The notes: generated from the sequence alone by a model not told the origin. Positions 5,992 through 15,348 are shown, counted from the first letter of the stretch. The stretch: 32,290 nt of DNA from an uncultured virus (IMG/VR IMGVR_UViG_3300030118_002829) (IMGVR_UViG_3300030118_002829:62001-94290), one strand, 5' to 3'. A program made the numbers and translations.

Positions 5992-6683
5992 ATATTTTTG
6001 CACTATCAAAATGTCCTCATAAATCAGCAAAAGAAATGATAGATAAACATGTAGTAAAGATGCCGACAGAGACTTGTCAGATGTTACATACAAATATTCT
6101 ATACATGCAATTTGTTGATGTGAAAGGTAGAATACCTAAATTGCGTGACCTTAAAAAATACCATGAAGAAATTAACTCAGTGTTGATGAAACCTGCAATG
6201 TTAAATCACCCCTCAACGATATGGTCTAGACAGTCGAAAGATAATTTTGATTGGCTCTTTCAACACGGTAAGGCTTTGTGCAAAGAATACTCTTATCGCT
6301 ACAATGGTAAAGAACATGGTTCAGAAAAACGAATACTCGATTGTATGATTTATGAAGATTTAATTTATAACCAACACAATTACGAATATCAAAGACTTAC
6401 TCCTGTGCTAATCGCTATGGATGATAAGTATCGAATTGAAAGAAATTTCGATATGGTTTTTGCTGACCAAAACTGGTATGACGAGAGAGAATGGAAATAT
6501 GTCATCAAATCATACCGTCATTATTATTTAGAAGGCAAGTGGAGATTTGCAGAGTGGAAAATGAATAGGCAACCTTCTTGGTGGCCTAAAGACCATATAC
6601 AGAAAAAAGACCAAGAATGGAATGATTGGTTAGAATCAGAAAACGAAAGAATAAGGAGGGCAAATGAATGTCTAAACATATAA
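5988..6683 (+). CDS. pyrimidine-dimer DNA glycosylase (T4 endonuclease V-like) family protein
   Basis: MNIFxL...DKHVVKMxxExxQML, NHPSTIW, LCxEYxYRY, YRxYY motifs. Confidence 0.7.
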   Translation: MNIFALSKCPHKSAKEMIDKHVVKMPTETCQMLHTNILYMQFVDVKGRIPKLRDLKKYHEEINSVLMKPAMLNHPSTIWSRQSKDNFDWLFQHGKALCKEYSYRYNGKEHGSEKRILDCMIYEDLIYNQHNYEYQRLTPVLIAMDDKYRIERNFDMVFADQNWYDEREWKYVIKSYRHYYLEGKWRFAEWKMNRQPSWWPKDHIQKKDQEWNDWLESENERIRRANECLNI

Positions 6684-7045
6684 ATGGAAAAGTCTTGAAA
6701 TTTAAGAAACAACTAGAACAAGAGGGCTTCAATGTAGATATTGGAGACAACTGTTGGAGGATATACAAGATAGGACAACCGTTCTATTCTTTCCATCCTG
6801 CCGAGAAAGGTATCCGACCTTGCATATCTTGGATAAAAGCAAACTACAAGATTGACCTTAACAGGCAACAGAATAAACCAAAGAAGAAGATGTGTAGCAA
6901 AGAACTTGCTAAAATGCATCATGAGAAAATTCAATCTTTGGAACAACGGCTAAAATTATCTAGTGATAGATTTACAGAATTAGTCGCATTTTTACGAAGG
7001 AAACATATTGATGTTTTTGAAGAATTTATGGAGAGATACGAATGA
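6668..7045 (+). CDS. hypothetical protein, N-terminus possibly HicA-like
   Basis: KQLEQEGF...WRIYK...YSFHP alpha-beta-beta-beta-alpha pattern, then coiled coil; ORF is solid, fold is a guess. Confidence 0.6.
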   Translation: MSKHINGKVLKFKKQLEQEGFNVDIGDNCWRIYKIGQPFYSFHPAEKGIRPCISWIKANYKIDLNRQQNKPKKKMCSKELAKMHHEKIQSLEQRLKLSSDRFTELVAFLRRKHIDVFEEFMERYE

Positions 7046-7284
7046 AAAAGAAAATCAAGAAAATGGTAATTTATTACGATGATGATTCAACCATCATTCT
7101 AGAAAATGGAATGGTTGGTAGGACAGGCAATTGGGATAATCACTGTGCAATATGCGGTGAAAAAAGTGAACAAAGTATCTGTTCTGATGAATGCCAAGAA
7201 GAAGCATATGAAATTCTATCTCAAATCAGAGAAGAAGAATACCAAAACGAATTGCTTTATGATAAGATGAGGGATAACCTATGA
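7042..7284 (+). CDS. Zn-ribbon protein (DUF2116-like)
   Basis: HCAICG...ICSDEC. Confidence 0.65.
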   Translation: MKKKIKKMVIYYDDDSTIILENGMVGRTGNWDNHCAICGEKSEQSICSDECQEEAYEILSQIREEEYQNELLYDKMRDNL

Positions 7285-7520
7285 AAGAGAAATACTTTAG
7301 CACAATAGAAAAAGAATTGAACACTATGATTAACAAACTAGCAGAGAACATGCTTAATGCAGTAAGGGATGAAGAATGGGAAGCCGTTCTTCTATCAGCA
7401 GGTGCAATTATGGATAATGTAAAAACTATTTATCCAGTTGCAAGTGGTAACTTACATAGAATCATGAGTGGTAAATTTAATGGCGATAAGCCAGTAGAGA
7501 ATAACCATTTATTTGGTTAA
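7281..7520 (+). CDS. hypothetical protein
   Basis: 79 aa coupled ORF. Confidence 0.75.
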   Translation: MKEKYFSTIEKELNTMINKLAENMLNAVRDEEWEAVLLSAGAIMDNVKTIYPVASGNLHRIMSGKFNGDKPVENNHLFG

Positions 7521-7530
7521 AATCATACAT

Positions 7531-7602
7531 GGGCGTATGGTGTAACGGATAGCATGTTGGCCTTCTAAGCCGAAGATAGGGGTTCGATTCCTCTTACGCC
7601 CG
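7531..7602 (+). tRNA. tRNA-Arg (anticodon TCT), CCA not encoded
   Basis: Acceptor GGGCGTA/TACGCCC, anticodon arm TTGGC-CTTCTAA-GCCGA, T-loop GGTTCGATTCC. Confidence 0.95.
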
Positions 7603-7625
7603 TATGATAAAACGGAGATGATATA

Positions 7626-7865
7626 ATGACACAAATAGAATTTAGATTAATAGAAGAAAATGATATGCCACCAATTGTAATTACTTACGGTGATGACTTA
7701 GAACCAAAAGTAGTTTTGAATACTCATCATAAGATTTGGCTAACTTGGAAAAGAAAGATTATTGGTGGAGTAGCAAAGAGTCTTTACGATAAGATTGATG
7801 AGTTACTAGATAGTTACTTAGCCGACCAATACCAATTACAGGAGATGGATGCATGGGAAGAATGA
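7626..7865 (+). CDS. hypothetical protein
   Basis: 79 aa ORF, GGAG RBS. Confidence 0.8.
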   Translation: MTQIEFRLIEENDMPPIVITYGDDLEPKVVLNTHHKIWLTWKRKIIGGVAKSLYDKIDELLDSYLADQYQLQEMDAWEE

Positions 7866-7972
7866 AAGAAATAGCAATGTTACTAGAAGATGGTAATAGC
7901 GTTTATGAAGTCGCTAGAATCATGAAAGTAGATGTAAAGGTCATTAAGGCTTTAGTAAACAGGAGGAAGTAA
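7862..7972 (+). CDS. 36 aa helix-turn-helix microprotein (MKEIAMLLEDGNSVYEVARIMKVDVKVIKALVNRRK)
   Basis: ATGA overlap; GxSxxEVARxMxV HTH pattern. Confidence 0.6.
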   Translation: MKEIAMLLEDGNSVYEVARIMKVDVKVIKALVNRRK

Positions 7973-7973
7973 T

Positions 7974-8321
7974 ATGCCATATGAAGATAATAGATTTTGG
8001 GACCCGAAGAAAGGTTGGGTTAGACCAAAGAGAGGACTTGTAATTAAAAGACGCAGACCTCAATTGACTATTGATGAACAATATATAGATGATTACGATA
8101 ATGCTCCAATGAATGAAAATTGGGACTTAACAGATGATAATACTGACTTTAAACAAGGCTATGATAAAAATACTAAACCATTAACGATATTATCTAATTA
8201 TTACTATGAAGTGAAGTCATTTCACTTCTGGAATAAAATATTAAATTTGATTCCTTTCATTTCAGTAGAAGAAATAGTAGAGGAAGACACAACCAAAAAC
8301 CCATTCACAAGGAGAGATTAA
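7974..8321 (+). CDS. hypothetical protein
   Basis: 115 aa ORF, AGGAGG RBS. Confidence 0.75.
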   Translation: MPYEDNRFWDPKKGWVRPKRGLVIKRRRPQLTIDEQYIDDYDNAPMNENWDLTDDNTDFKQGYDKNTKPLTILSNYYYEVKSFHFWNKILNLIPFISVEEIVEEDTTKNPFTRRD

Positions 8322-8322
8322 A

Positions 8323-9615
8323 ATGAATTACAATAACAGACTAAGAAGCGAAATACTAGCAAGAGGAGGAGAGTTTATTGCCACAGGTAATCTTATTCAC
8401 GATATGGTGAGTAAGAAGTGGGATAATCCTACAGGAGCATTCAACATAGCATTGAAGAATAATCTTGTTGAAATGTCCGTTGCTGATGATTGGAAAGAAG
8501 CGAGAAAGGAATGGAAAGCAACAGGGAATGTTTGGTATATTCCTTTAGCCGATGATGCTACTGAGGTTCTACCCGAACCACATAGAAGTAGCCATCCTCA
8601 TTACTGTGTTTGTGGCCATCCAATTGCTTGGCACTTTGAAATCGAAAATACAGAAAACGGTAGAGTAGAAGTTGTTGGTAGTGAACATATTGGATTTTGG
8701 ATGATTGTCAGACACTTAGTAGAAAATCTAGAAATGGACCCCGAAGAAGTTACTCAAGAAAGAGTCCAAGAGTGGGTCAAAGAATCTATCAAATCTATGA
8801 AAGCCGAATGGTGGTGGAGTCAATACGGAGAGGAATTTGAAGAATGGTTTACTGCTATCAGAGAACAAGATTTAATTCTCAATGTAAGAGATGGTCCTCA
8901 ATATTATGATAACGATACTAGAAGATATGAATACAAGAAATTGATTCGTAAGAAAGGTGTAGGAACGAGAGGAACCAATGACTTCCAAATGCCTTCTATT
9001 GTTTGGAGATGGAACCATCCCGATAACGATAAGACGGCTCAGATAAACACGACAGGTTATCCTAATCGTGATTTGTGGAATGACCTACAAATGTTCTACT
9101 TTAATCTAGATAAGCACAATGCTAAGATTGCGGAGATGCATCAAGAGAGACAAGATAGAATCGAACAAGTCATTGAAGAAAGGAGACTTGCAGACGAAGC
9201 ACAGGCTCAAAGAGAAAGGGAACAAAGAGCAAGGGCTGAAGCAAGAGCCGAAAGGATTCGTCTAGAAAGAATCGAACAACAGAGACTTCTTGATACTGCC
9301 TTTGAAAGAACATGTTCTGAATGGGGTATTGTTCAATTCTCAGCCGAAGATGGTAGAGATGATTGGGAACAAGATTTCCTACTAAAGATGATTGGCAAGA
9401 TTAATTCTATGGCTTACATTTCTGAGAAGCAAAAGCAAAGAGTCATCAAGATTATCAATCGTGAAGATGAACCTGCTACTGAAAAACAACTTGCTTACAT
9501 TCGTGCTTTAGGAGGAGAACCAAACCCTAATCTAACTAAGAGAAAAGCGAGTGATATGATTGACCAATTGAAAAATCCTCAAAATTCTGTTCTTGCAGGA
9601 GAGGAGGAGGAATGA
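8323..9615 (+). CDS. large hypothetical protein with metal-binding motif, coiled coil and C-terminal ATEKQ helical motif
   Basis: HYCVCGHPI...VGSEHI; PATEKQLAYI...LTKRKASDMIDQL. Confidence 0.85.
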   Translation: MNYNNRLRSEILARGGEFIATGNLIHDMVSKKWDNPTGAFNIALKNNLVEMSVADDWKEARKEWKATGNVWYIPLADDATEVLPEPHRSSHPHYCVCGHPIAWHFEIENTENGRVEVVGSEHIGFWMIVRHLVENLEMDPEEVTQERVQEWVKESIKSMKAEWWWSQYGEEFEEWFTAIREQDLILNVRDGPQYYDNDTRRYEYKKLIRKKGVGTRGTNDFQMPSIVWRWNHPDNDKTAQINTTGYPNRDLWNDLQMFYFNLDKHNAKIAEMHQERQDRIEQVIEERRLADEAQAQREREQRARAEARAERIRLERIEQQRLLDTAFERTCSEWGIVQFSAEDGRDDWEQDFLLKMIGKINSMAYISEKQKQRVIKIINREDEPATEKQLAYIRALGGEPNPNLTKRKASDMIDQLKNPQNSVLAGEEEE

Positions 9616-9651
9616 AGTCAAATCACTGGCTTAAAGTAGACAAAAAGGAGA

Positions 9652-9915
9652 ATGAATAAAATGTTGAAAAAAGAATTACAGGAAAAGATAGAAGCATTAG
9701 AATTAGATAATGCGGGAATGAGACAAGTGGCTGAAAGGCTACATGAACAGAATGAAACCTTACAGATGTATGTGAACCAATTAAGAGGTAAACTACAAGA
9801 AGTAAGTAGTAACATGGTTACATACGAGAGCAGTATGTTGGTCATGACAAGTCGCCTCAAGGAATTGGGCGCATTAATAAGTGAACAAAACATAGAAAAT
9901 AATAGGAGCGAATAA
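9652..9915 (+). CDS. coiled-coil protein
   Basis: 87 aa heptad-rich ORF, AGGAG RBS. Confidence 0.8.
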   Translation: MNKMLKKELQEKIEALELDNAGMRQVAERLHEQNETLQMYVNQLRGKLQEVSSNMVTYESSMLVMTSRLKELGALISEQNIENNRSE

Positions 9916-9917
9916 AT

Positions 9918-10121
9918 ATGAAACTAAGAATTTTGAACGAAACAGGACACACCGAACTTTCAGTAGCGGCTAGTGAAATCGTAGACCACATTAACGAACA
10001 CGCAACTCATTGGGTCTTCGTAGATGGTGAGATGATTAGCAGAAGTGACATTAACGCAGTTAATTGGGATGATGTTTCTGATGTTGAACTAGTTCCTGCC
10101 ATTGTCGGTGGAAACTGTTAG
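9918..10121 (+). CDS. ubiquitin-like beta-grasp protein (ThiS/MoaD/SAMP-like) with GG-NC tail
   Basis: 67 aa; VFVDGE and DVELVPAIVGG signatures of ThiS/MoaD/SAMP; AGGAG RBS. Confidence 0.85.
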   Translation: MKLRILNETGHTELSVAASEIVDHINEHATHWVFVDGEMISRSDINAVNWDDVSDVELVPAIVGGNC

Positions 10122-10147
10122 ACGGAAATAATATTCCGCATTCGCTT

Positions 10148-10258
10148 TCTTTGGCGGATTGTGGTGCCTAAAGGCGTAAGTCCTGACGGGGTAACACAGG
10201 CTTAATCGAGATTGAATACAAGTGCGTAGCCTATCTCTCGGCCACAATCTGCTAGAGA
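10148..10258 (+). ncRNA. candidate multi-branch structured RNA
   Basis: 17 bp closing stem 10148-10164/10242-10258 (three G-U pairs) enclosing three hairpins; GC-richer than flanks. Confidence 0.45.
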
Positions 10259-10436
10259 TTTGAGATTACAATTTACAAAATCGAAAATGTTCCAAGGTGA
10301 GAACATTTTTCATAACACAGAAGGGCATAGTCGTAGTCCTTCACTATTTGACCGTTAAACTTCATATAGTGAAAATTCATGACAAGAAATACCTGTCTTC
10401 GTTTGTCCGAAACGGGTGATTATGGAGGTTTTAACA

Positions 10437-12320
10437 ATGAATAAAGCAAGTGAAATAATGAGTGAAATTACAGTGCATATGAAATACGCTAGGTATCTAT
10501 CTACTTTGAATAGGAGAGAAACTTGGGATGAGTTAGTAACAAGAAATTACAATATGCACGATGAAAAAATAAAGAATTTAGATACTGTTGATGCTGATAA
10601 AGAGACATTGAAGAAATGGTTAGATGATTCTTATCAACTGGTGTATGCTAAGAAAGTATTACCATCAATGAGGAGTTTACAATTTGCGGGAAAGCCTATC
10701 GCTTTAAGCCCTAATAGAATGTATAATTGTGCATATATGCCAATTGATAATATTGCGGCTTTTCCCGAAGCAATGTTCCTTTTACTTGGAGGCACTGGTG
10801 TAGGTTACTCAGTGCAAAAACACCATGTTGCGGAATTGCCACCCATTTTTCAACCAATTAAGAAAACAAAAAGATGGAAGATTGGAGACTCAATAGAGGG
10901 ATGGGCTGATGCGATAAAAGCATTGATGAAATCATATACCAAAGCAGGTAGTAGGACTATCGTTTTCGATTACTCAGATATTAGACCGAAAGGAGCAAGA
11001 CTAGTTACTAGTGGAGGTAAAGCACCTTCCTCTGCCCCATTGGAACAATGCCTAGTAAAGATAAAACACATATTGAGTGATAAGCCAATGGGTAGTAAAT
11101 TATCTACCATCGAGGTTCATGATATTCTTTGTCATATTGCTGATGCGGTATTGGCAGGTGGTATTCGTAGGGCCGCTTTGATTTCTCTATTCAGTGCTGA
11201 TGATGATAAAATGATTGCTTGTAAATCGGGCAATTGGTGGGAGTTAAATCCACAAAGAGGTAGAGCAAATAACTCAGCCGTATTACTTAGACACAGAATC
11301 ACTAAAGATTACTTTATGGATTTGTGGAAAAGAATTGAGTTGAGTGGAGCAGGTGAACCTGCGGTTTATCTTTCAAATGACAAAGATTGGGGAACCAATC
11401 CTTGTTGTGAGATTGCGCTTAGACCATTTCAATTTTGTAATCTAACTGAGGTAAATGTTAGTAACATTACATCTCAAGAGGATTTGAATATTAGAGTCCA
11501 AGCGGCTTCGTTTATTGGAACATTACAAGCGAGTTATACTGACTTCCATTATCTTAGAGATATATGGAGAGAGACAACTGAAAAGGATGCGCTTATTGGC
11601 GTATCAATGACAGGTATCGGCTCTAACAAGTTAGAGGATATGGACTTACAAGAAGCGACAGATATTGTTGTTAATACTAATCAGATGGTTGCTGACCTTC
11701 TAGGAATAAACCATGCGGCTAGAACAACTTGTGTTAAACCTGCGGGAACCACATCATTAGTTGTAGGAACATCTAGTGGTATTCACGCTTACCATAATGA
11801 TTACTACATTCGTAGAATCAGAGTAGGAAAGAATGAAGCAATTTACAGTTATCTTATTGATAACCATCCCGAAATGCTTGAGGATGATTATTTTAATCCT
11901 ACAACCCAAGCAGTTATTTCAGTCCCACAGAAGGCTCCTAAAGGGGCTATTCTGAGAACCGAATCTCCAATTGATTTGCTGAATCGTGTGAAACATGTCT
12001 CTGAAAACTGGGTAAAAACAGGACACAACAACGGGCAGAATACACATAATGTTTCAGCAACGGTATCTATTAAGAAAGATGAATGGGAGACAGTCGGTAA
12101 ATGGATGTGGGATAACAAAGAATCCTATAATGGATTATCGGTTTTACCTTATGATGGTGGAACATATGTTCAAGCACCATTTGAAGATTGCACCGAGTAT
12201 AAATACAAAAAGATGATGAAGACATTATCTGAAGTAGACCTCACTAAAGTTATTGAGTGGGATGACAACACTAACCTTACAGGAGAACTTGCGTGTGCAG
12301 GTGGACAGTGTGAGATATGA
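10437..12320 (+). CDS. nrdJ: class II (adenosylcobalamin-dependent) ribonucleotide reductase
   Basis: KYAR..RRETW, PSMR, YNC, GGIRRAA, GTNPCCEI, TCVKPAGT, C-terminal ACAGGQCEI; start set at ATG 10437 after GGAGG. Confidence 0.95.
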   Translation: MNKASEIMSEITVHMKYARYLSTLNRRETWDELVTRNYNMHDEKIKNLDTVDADKETLKKWLDDSYQLVYAKKVLPSMRSLQFAGKPIALSPNRMYNCAYMPIDNIAAFPEAMFLLLGGTGVGYSVQKHHVAELPPIFQPIKKTKRWKIGDSIEGWADAIKALMKSYTKAGSRTIVFDYSDIRPKGARLVTSGGKAPSSAPLEQCLVKIKHILSDKPMGSKLSTIEVHDILCHIADAVLAGGIRRAALISLFSADDDKMIACKSGNWWELNPQRGRANNSAVLLRHRITKDYFMDLWKRIELSGAGEPAVYLSNDKDWGTNPCCEIALRPFQFCNLTEVNVSNITSQEDLNIRVQAASFIGTLQASYTDFHYLRDIWRETTEKDALIGVSMTGIGSNKLEDMDLQEATDIVVNTNQMVADLLGINHAARTTCVKPAGTTSLVVGTSSGIHAYHNDYYIRRIRVGKNEAIYSYLIDNHPEMLEDDYFNPTTQAVISVPQKAPKGAILRTESPIDLLNRVKHVSENWVKTGHNNGQNTHNVSATVSIKKDEWETVGKWMWDNKESYNGLSVLPYDGGTYVQAPFEDCTEYKYKKMMKTLSEVDLTKVIEWDDNTNLTGELACAGGQCEI

Positions 12321-12625
12321 CAATTTTCAAAGATATATATGAATTAAAAATGTGCGTTCTTGAAATGGAAGAATATTTCCCAAACGAGTATCATTCCATT
12401 TTAGGAGAAATAGAAAGAATAAAACAATTAGACTTAGACGACAAGACTAAACAGAATATCTGTAATGGTGAATTAAGGAAAGTCCTAATAAAGAATAAAG
12501 TAACCCCTAGTTATAAGATAGTTGAATGGCTCTCAGAGAGGAGAGAAGAATACTTAGATAGACTGGCTTATTTCCAGAGGGAAAATGAATGGAAGAAGAA
12601 GAAACTCACTTCAAATACCGATTAA
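12317..12625 (+). CDS. hypothetical protein
   Basis: 102 aa, ATGA overlap. Confidence 0.7.
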   Translation: MTIFKDIYELKMCVLEMEEYFPNEYHSILGEIERIKQLDLDDKTKQNICNGELRKVLIKNKVTPSYKIVEWLSERREEYLDRLAYFQRENEWKKKKLTSNTD

Positions 12626-12768
12626 GCATTTGTAAAGCGAATGGTAGCGTATGGATGGAGGAGTTTGATAATATAACTTCCATATTAGAAGAAATAAAAG
12701 GGCTACTTCTTAAACATCCACACCTTGTTGTCTCTAGACAAAAGGTAGTTGATAGAAATGAAAGATAA
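12589..12768 (+). CDS. 59 aa hypothetical protein (MEEEETHFKYRLSICKANGSVWMEEF...)
   Basis: Manual translation, fills gap in the operon, GAGG upstream. Confidence 0.6.
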   Translation: MEEEETHFKYRLSICKANGSVWMEEFDNITSILEEIKGLLLKHPHLVVSRQKVVDRNER

Positions 12769-12910
12769 CCCCGATTATACAAAAGACAGAAAAGGAAATT
12801 CGATAGCAACTCGTTGTCGAATATGCGGTGGTCAATTGACACACCCAAATGAAATAAAAGCCGAAATGCACGATAGATGTGTTAAGGCTTACAAGAGCAA
12901 AATAAGGTGA
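12758..12910 (+). CDS. 50 aa zinc-finger protein
   Basis: RCRICGGQLTHP...HDRC; GTGA overlap with next gene. Confidence 0.7.
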   Translation: MKDNPDYTKDRKGNSIATRCRICGGQLTHPNEIKAEMHDRCVKAYKSKIR

Positions 12911-14166
12911 TTAAGATGCCCGAACTATTATTACAAAGAGCAGACGACTCAGGAAAATACGATTCTACATTAGTTAGATTTCAAGGAGAGACTACATATA
13001 CATCTGTAACGCTTTATCCAAGACAATATCGTAATACAAATAATCCAATGATGGAAGCGATAAAGAATTGGCTAACAGGTAAATTACAGATTAGTAGGAG
13101 AAATCTCTACAGGAAATCTTGGTATAATAATACCAATAACTCTAGGGGATATTATACTCCTAGAGCATCAGAAGAAGAAAAGGAACAACCCAAAGCCGTA
13201 GAGTTTTCCCATGTCATTACTATTGGTGAAGAAGGATTCATGGTTTATTTCAACAAGAAAGGAACAAGATATTTCATCAATGGTATCATGGGTAATAAGT
13301 CAGTATTGATTGCGGCATTAGCGAGAACAATATTCAAATCGTGTTTTACAGATGATGCTATCGAGTTAGAAAACTTCTTGATTAAACATATTCAATTGCC
13401 CGAAAATGTATTTTATGCAATTGAGAATCGTGCGCCTTATTATTTCCATCTAGATAGAGGAGATGGTCAATCAGCAAAGAGAATCGAATGTAGATTGAAA
13501 GTTAGACTGATTGCCGACAATAAGGTAGCAATTGAAGTATCGGATGGTATTTGGGGAGAGATGACTGTAAGGCAAATGAATACTTACATGAATACTTATC
13601 TCAAAAAGAAAAGACAGGGGACTTGGGCTAATCTAAGTCCGTCTGAGTTATGGGAGAAAGTAATGAAAAGATACCCGACAGAAAGTGAAGAACACTTGAT
13701 GGTTGCTTTCCTTCATCAAAATAGAACATCTAAAGTTGTTAAAGAAAGAGCAAGAGATTTGATGGTTCACATGGAATCTCGTTATCCCGACAGAATCAAG
13801 ATTAATTGGGGTTCACCCGATAAAATGTTAGATGTTTCAGAGAAGCCTACTATCATGTATGTGCATGGTAAATGTGCTGATTGGAAACTAACTGATAGAG
13901 GATTAAAATCTCAAGGGCAACAGAATGTCTCTACTTTCGTTTATGTTTGTGATACAGACGGTTCAAACGGAACATGGCAAGGCCCAATTTGTGTAGATAA
14001 CTTAGATAACAAATCACCGACAGGCGACCAATTTGTTACAAGAGCATTGGGATTATTGAATGATAATCTGTTGGTCGAAAGGGTATCAACTATCAAGGGA
14101 AGATTAAATAGTAGACATAAAGTAGGTCAGACCGACCAAAGAATTTCGCTTTTCCAGCAGGAATAG
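12907..14166 (+). CDS. 419 aa hypothetical protein; C-terminal GPICVDNL resembles the E2 active-site motif
   Basis: Long ORF (start may be ATG 12916); E2 similarity limited to a short motif. Confidence 0.8.
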   Translation: MIKMPELLLQRADDSGKYDSTLVRFQGETTYTSVTLYPRQYRNTNNPMMEAIKNWLTGKLQISRRNLYRKSWYNNTNNSRGYYTPRASEEEKEQPKAVEFSHVITIGEEGFMVYFNKKGTRYFINGIMGNKSVLIAALARTIFKSCFTDDAIELENFLIKHIQLPENVFYAIENRAPYYFHLDRGDGQSAKRIECRLKVRLIADNKVAIEVSDGIWGEMTVRQMNTYMNTYLKKKRQGTWANLSPSELWEKVMKRYPTESEEHLMVAFLHQNRTSKVVKERARDLMVHMESRYPDRIKINWGSPDKMLDVSEKPTIMYVHGKCADWKLTDRGLKSQGQQNVSTFVYVCDTDGSNGTWQGPICVDNLDNKSPTGDQFVTRALGLLNDNLLVERVSTIKGRLNSRHKVGQTDQRISLFQQE

Positions 14167-14200
14167 AGAAAAGAAACGGTCATCCTACGGGGTGACAAAA

Positions 14201-15067
14201 ATGAAATGCAAAGAATGTAATGGTAAAATCGTAGATATTGACGGAGAATTATCTTGTGAAGTATGTGGTGTTGTTCATAGTATATCTTTAGAGCCACCAA
14301 GACCTCAAGCCATCAAAAATCAAAACTCTCATGAGTTTCTTAATCATGAAAATGATAATGCCTATGGTTTAGGTAGTATCATTGGTCCCGAAAATTTCAA
14401 GGGAGCATCAAGATTGAGAAGATTGGCTAGTAGACAAAGTGGAGAGGATAGAAAAATGAAAAAAGCCATGTTTTTCATAAATATCGTCAAATCTGAATTT
14501 GGATTACAAAACTCTGCCAAATTAGATATGAGGAATTATTATTCTACTTTATCATCTAAGGGAATTTTCACTTCTAAAATGTCCTATGAAGAAAGGGCGG
14601 CTTCTATTGGTTATATTACAATCAAGGAATATGGTTATGGCTATACTCTCAAAGAAATGTGTAAAACATTAGATGTTCCTATGAAAAGAGTAGGAAGAAA
14701 TGCTAGATTGTATGCTAGACATTTAGGTAAGTCTCATGTTTTTGCTATGGCCAATCCCGAAGGGATGATTGAAAAGTATTGTTCAAGGATTACCGAGAAT
14801 AGAAAGTTTATGAATGATATTCTCAATATGTATCACTATCTAGATAATATAGTTAGTAGCCATCCTTCAACCCATTACTTAGCAGGTATTACTTATTTTG
14901 TCGAAGGACTAAAGATGCAAAAGGAACATACGAGAAAACAAATCGCTGAAGCATTTGAAACAAATCCTAGAAGAATAACGGAAGTCATTAAAAGAATAAA
15001 GAATATGCTAAATATCAAAGATACTTTTGGTTTAACAGTTGAAGATATATTGGAGGGAGTTAGATGA
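14201..15067 (+). CDS. tfb: transcription initiation factor IIB (TFB)-like protein
   Basis: N-terminal CKEC-x13-CEVCG Zn ribbon, GLGSII linker, two helical cyclin-like repeats (TLKEMC, TRKQIAEAF). Confidence 0.8.
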   Translation: MKCKECNGKIVDIDGELSCEVCGVVHSISLEPPRPQAIKNQNSHEFLNHENDNAYGLGSIIGPENFKGASRLRRLASRQSGEDRKMKKAMFFINIVKSEFGLQNSAKLDMRNYYSTLSSKGIFTSKMSYEERAASIGYITIKEYGYGYTLKEMCKTLDVPMKRVGRNARLYARHLGKSHVFAMANPEGMIEKYCSRITENRKFMNDILNMYHYLDNIVSSHPSTHYLAGITYFVEGLKMQKEHTRKQIAEAFETNPRRITEVIKRIKNMLNIKDTFGLTVEDILEGVR

Positions 15068-15348
15068 ATTACATGTTAATAATCAATGATGAATTATCAG
15101 AATGGGCTAATCAAATACATAACCCCAAGGTGATAGCGAGTCTAATAATTTTAGAGGATGTATCAGCGTCATATAAAATTATGAATCATTATTATAAACA
15201 AGGATGGAATGTTTTACCTAATAATACAGTAAAAGTATTTCCAAGTTTAATTAATCTAAAGATTAAACATCCACAAACGGATGTTATTGAAGGTAAACTA
15301 AACATAGAAGAATTTCTGTATATGCTAGAATTGATGGAGGAGTATTGA
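15064..15348 (+). CDS. hypothetical protein
   Basis: 94 aa, coupled. Confidence 0.7.
   Translation: MNYMLIINDELSEWANQIHNPKVIASLIILEDVSASYKIMNHYYKQGWNVLPNNTVKVFPSLINLKIKHPQTDVIEGKLNIEEFLYMLELMEEY

Noticed and set aside
10122..10436. Cobalamin riboswitch upstream of nrdJ
   Set aside because: Could not find the conserved B12-box or GGGAA..GCCACTG elements; kept only as an unclassified structured RNA candidate
10437..12320. Inteins or introns in nrdJ (also checked ligase, RFC and PolB)
   Set aside because: Lengths are compact and motifs contiguous; no intein C/S...HN signatures seen
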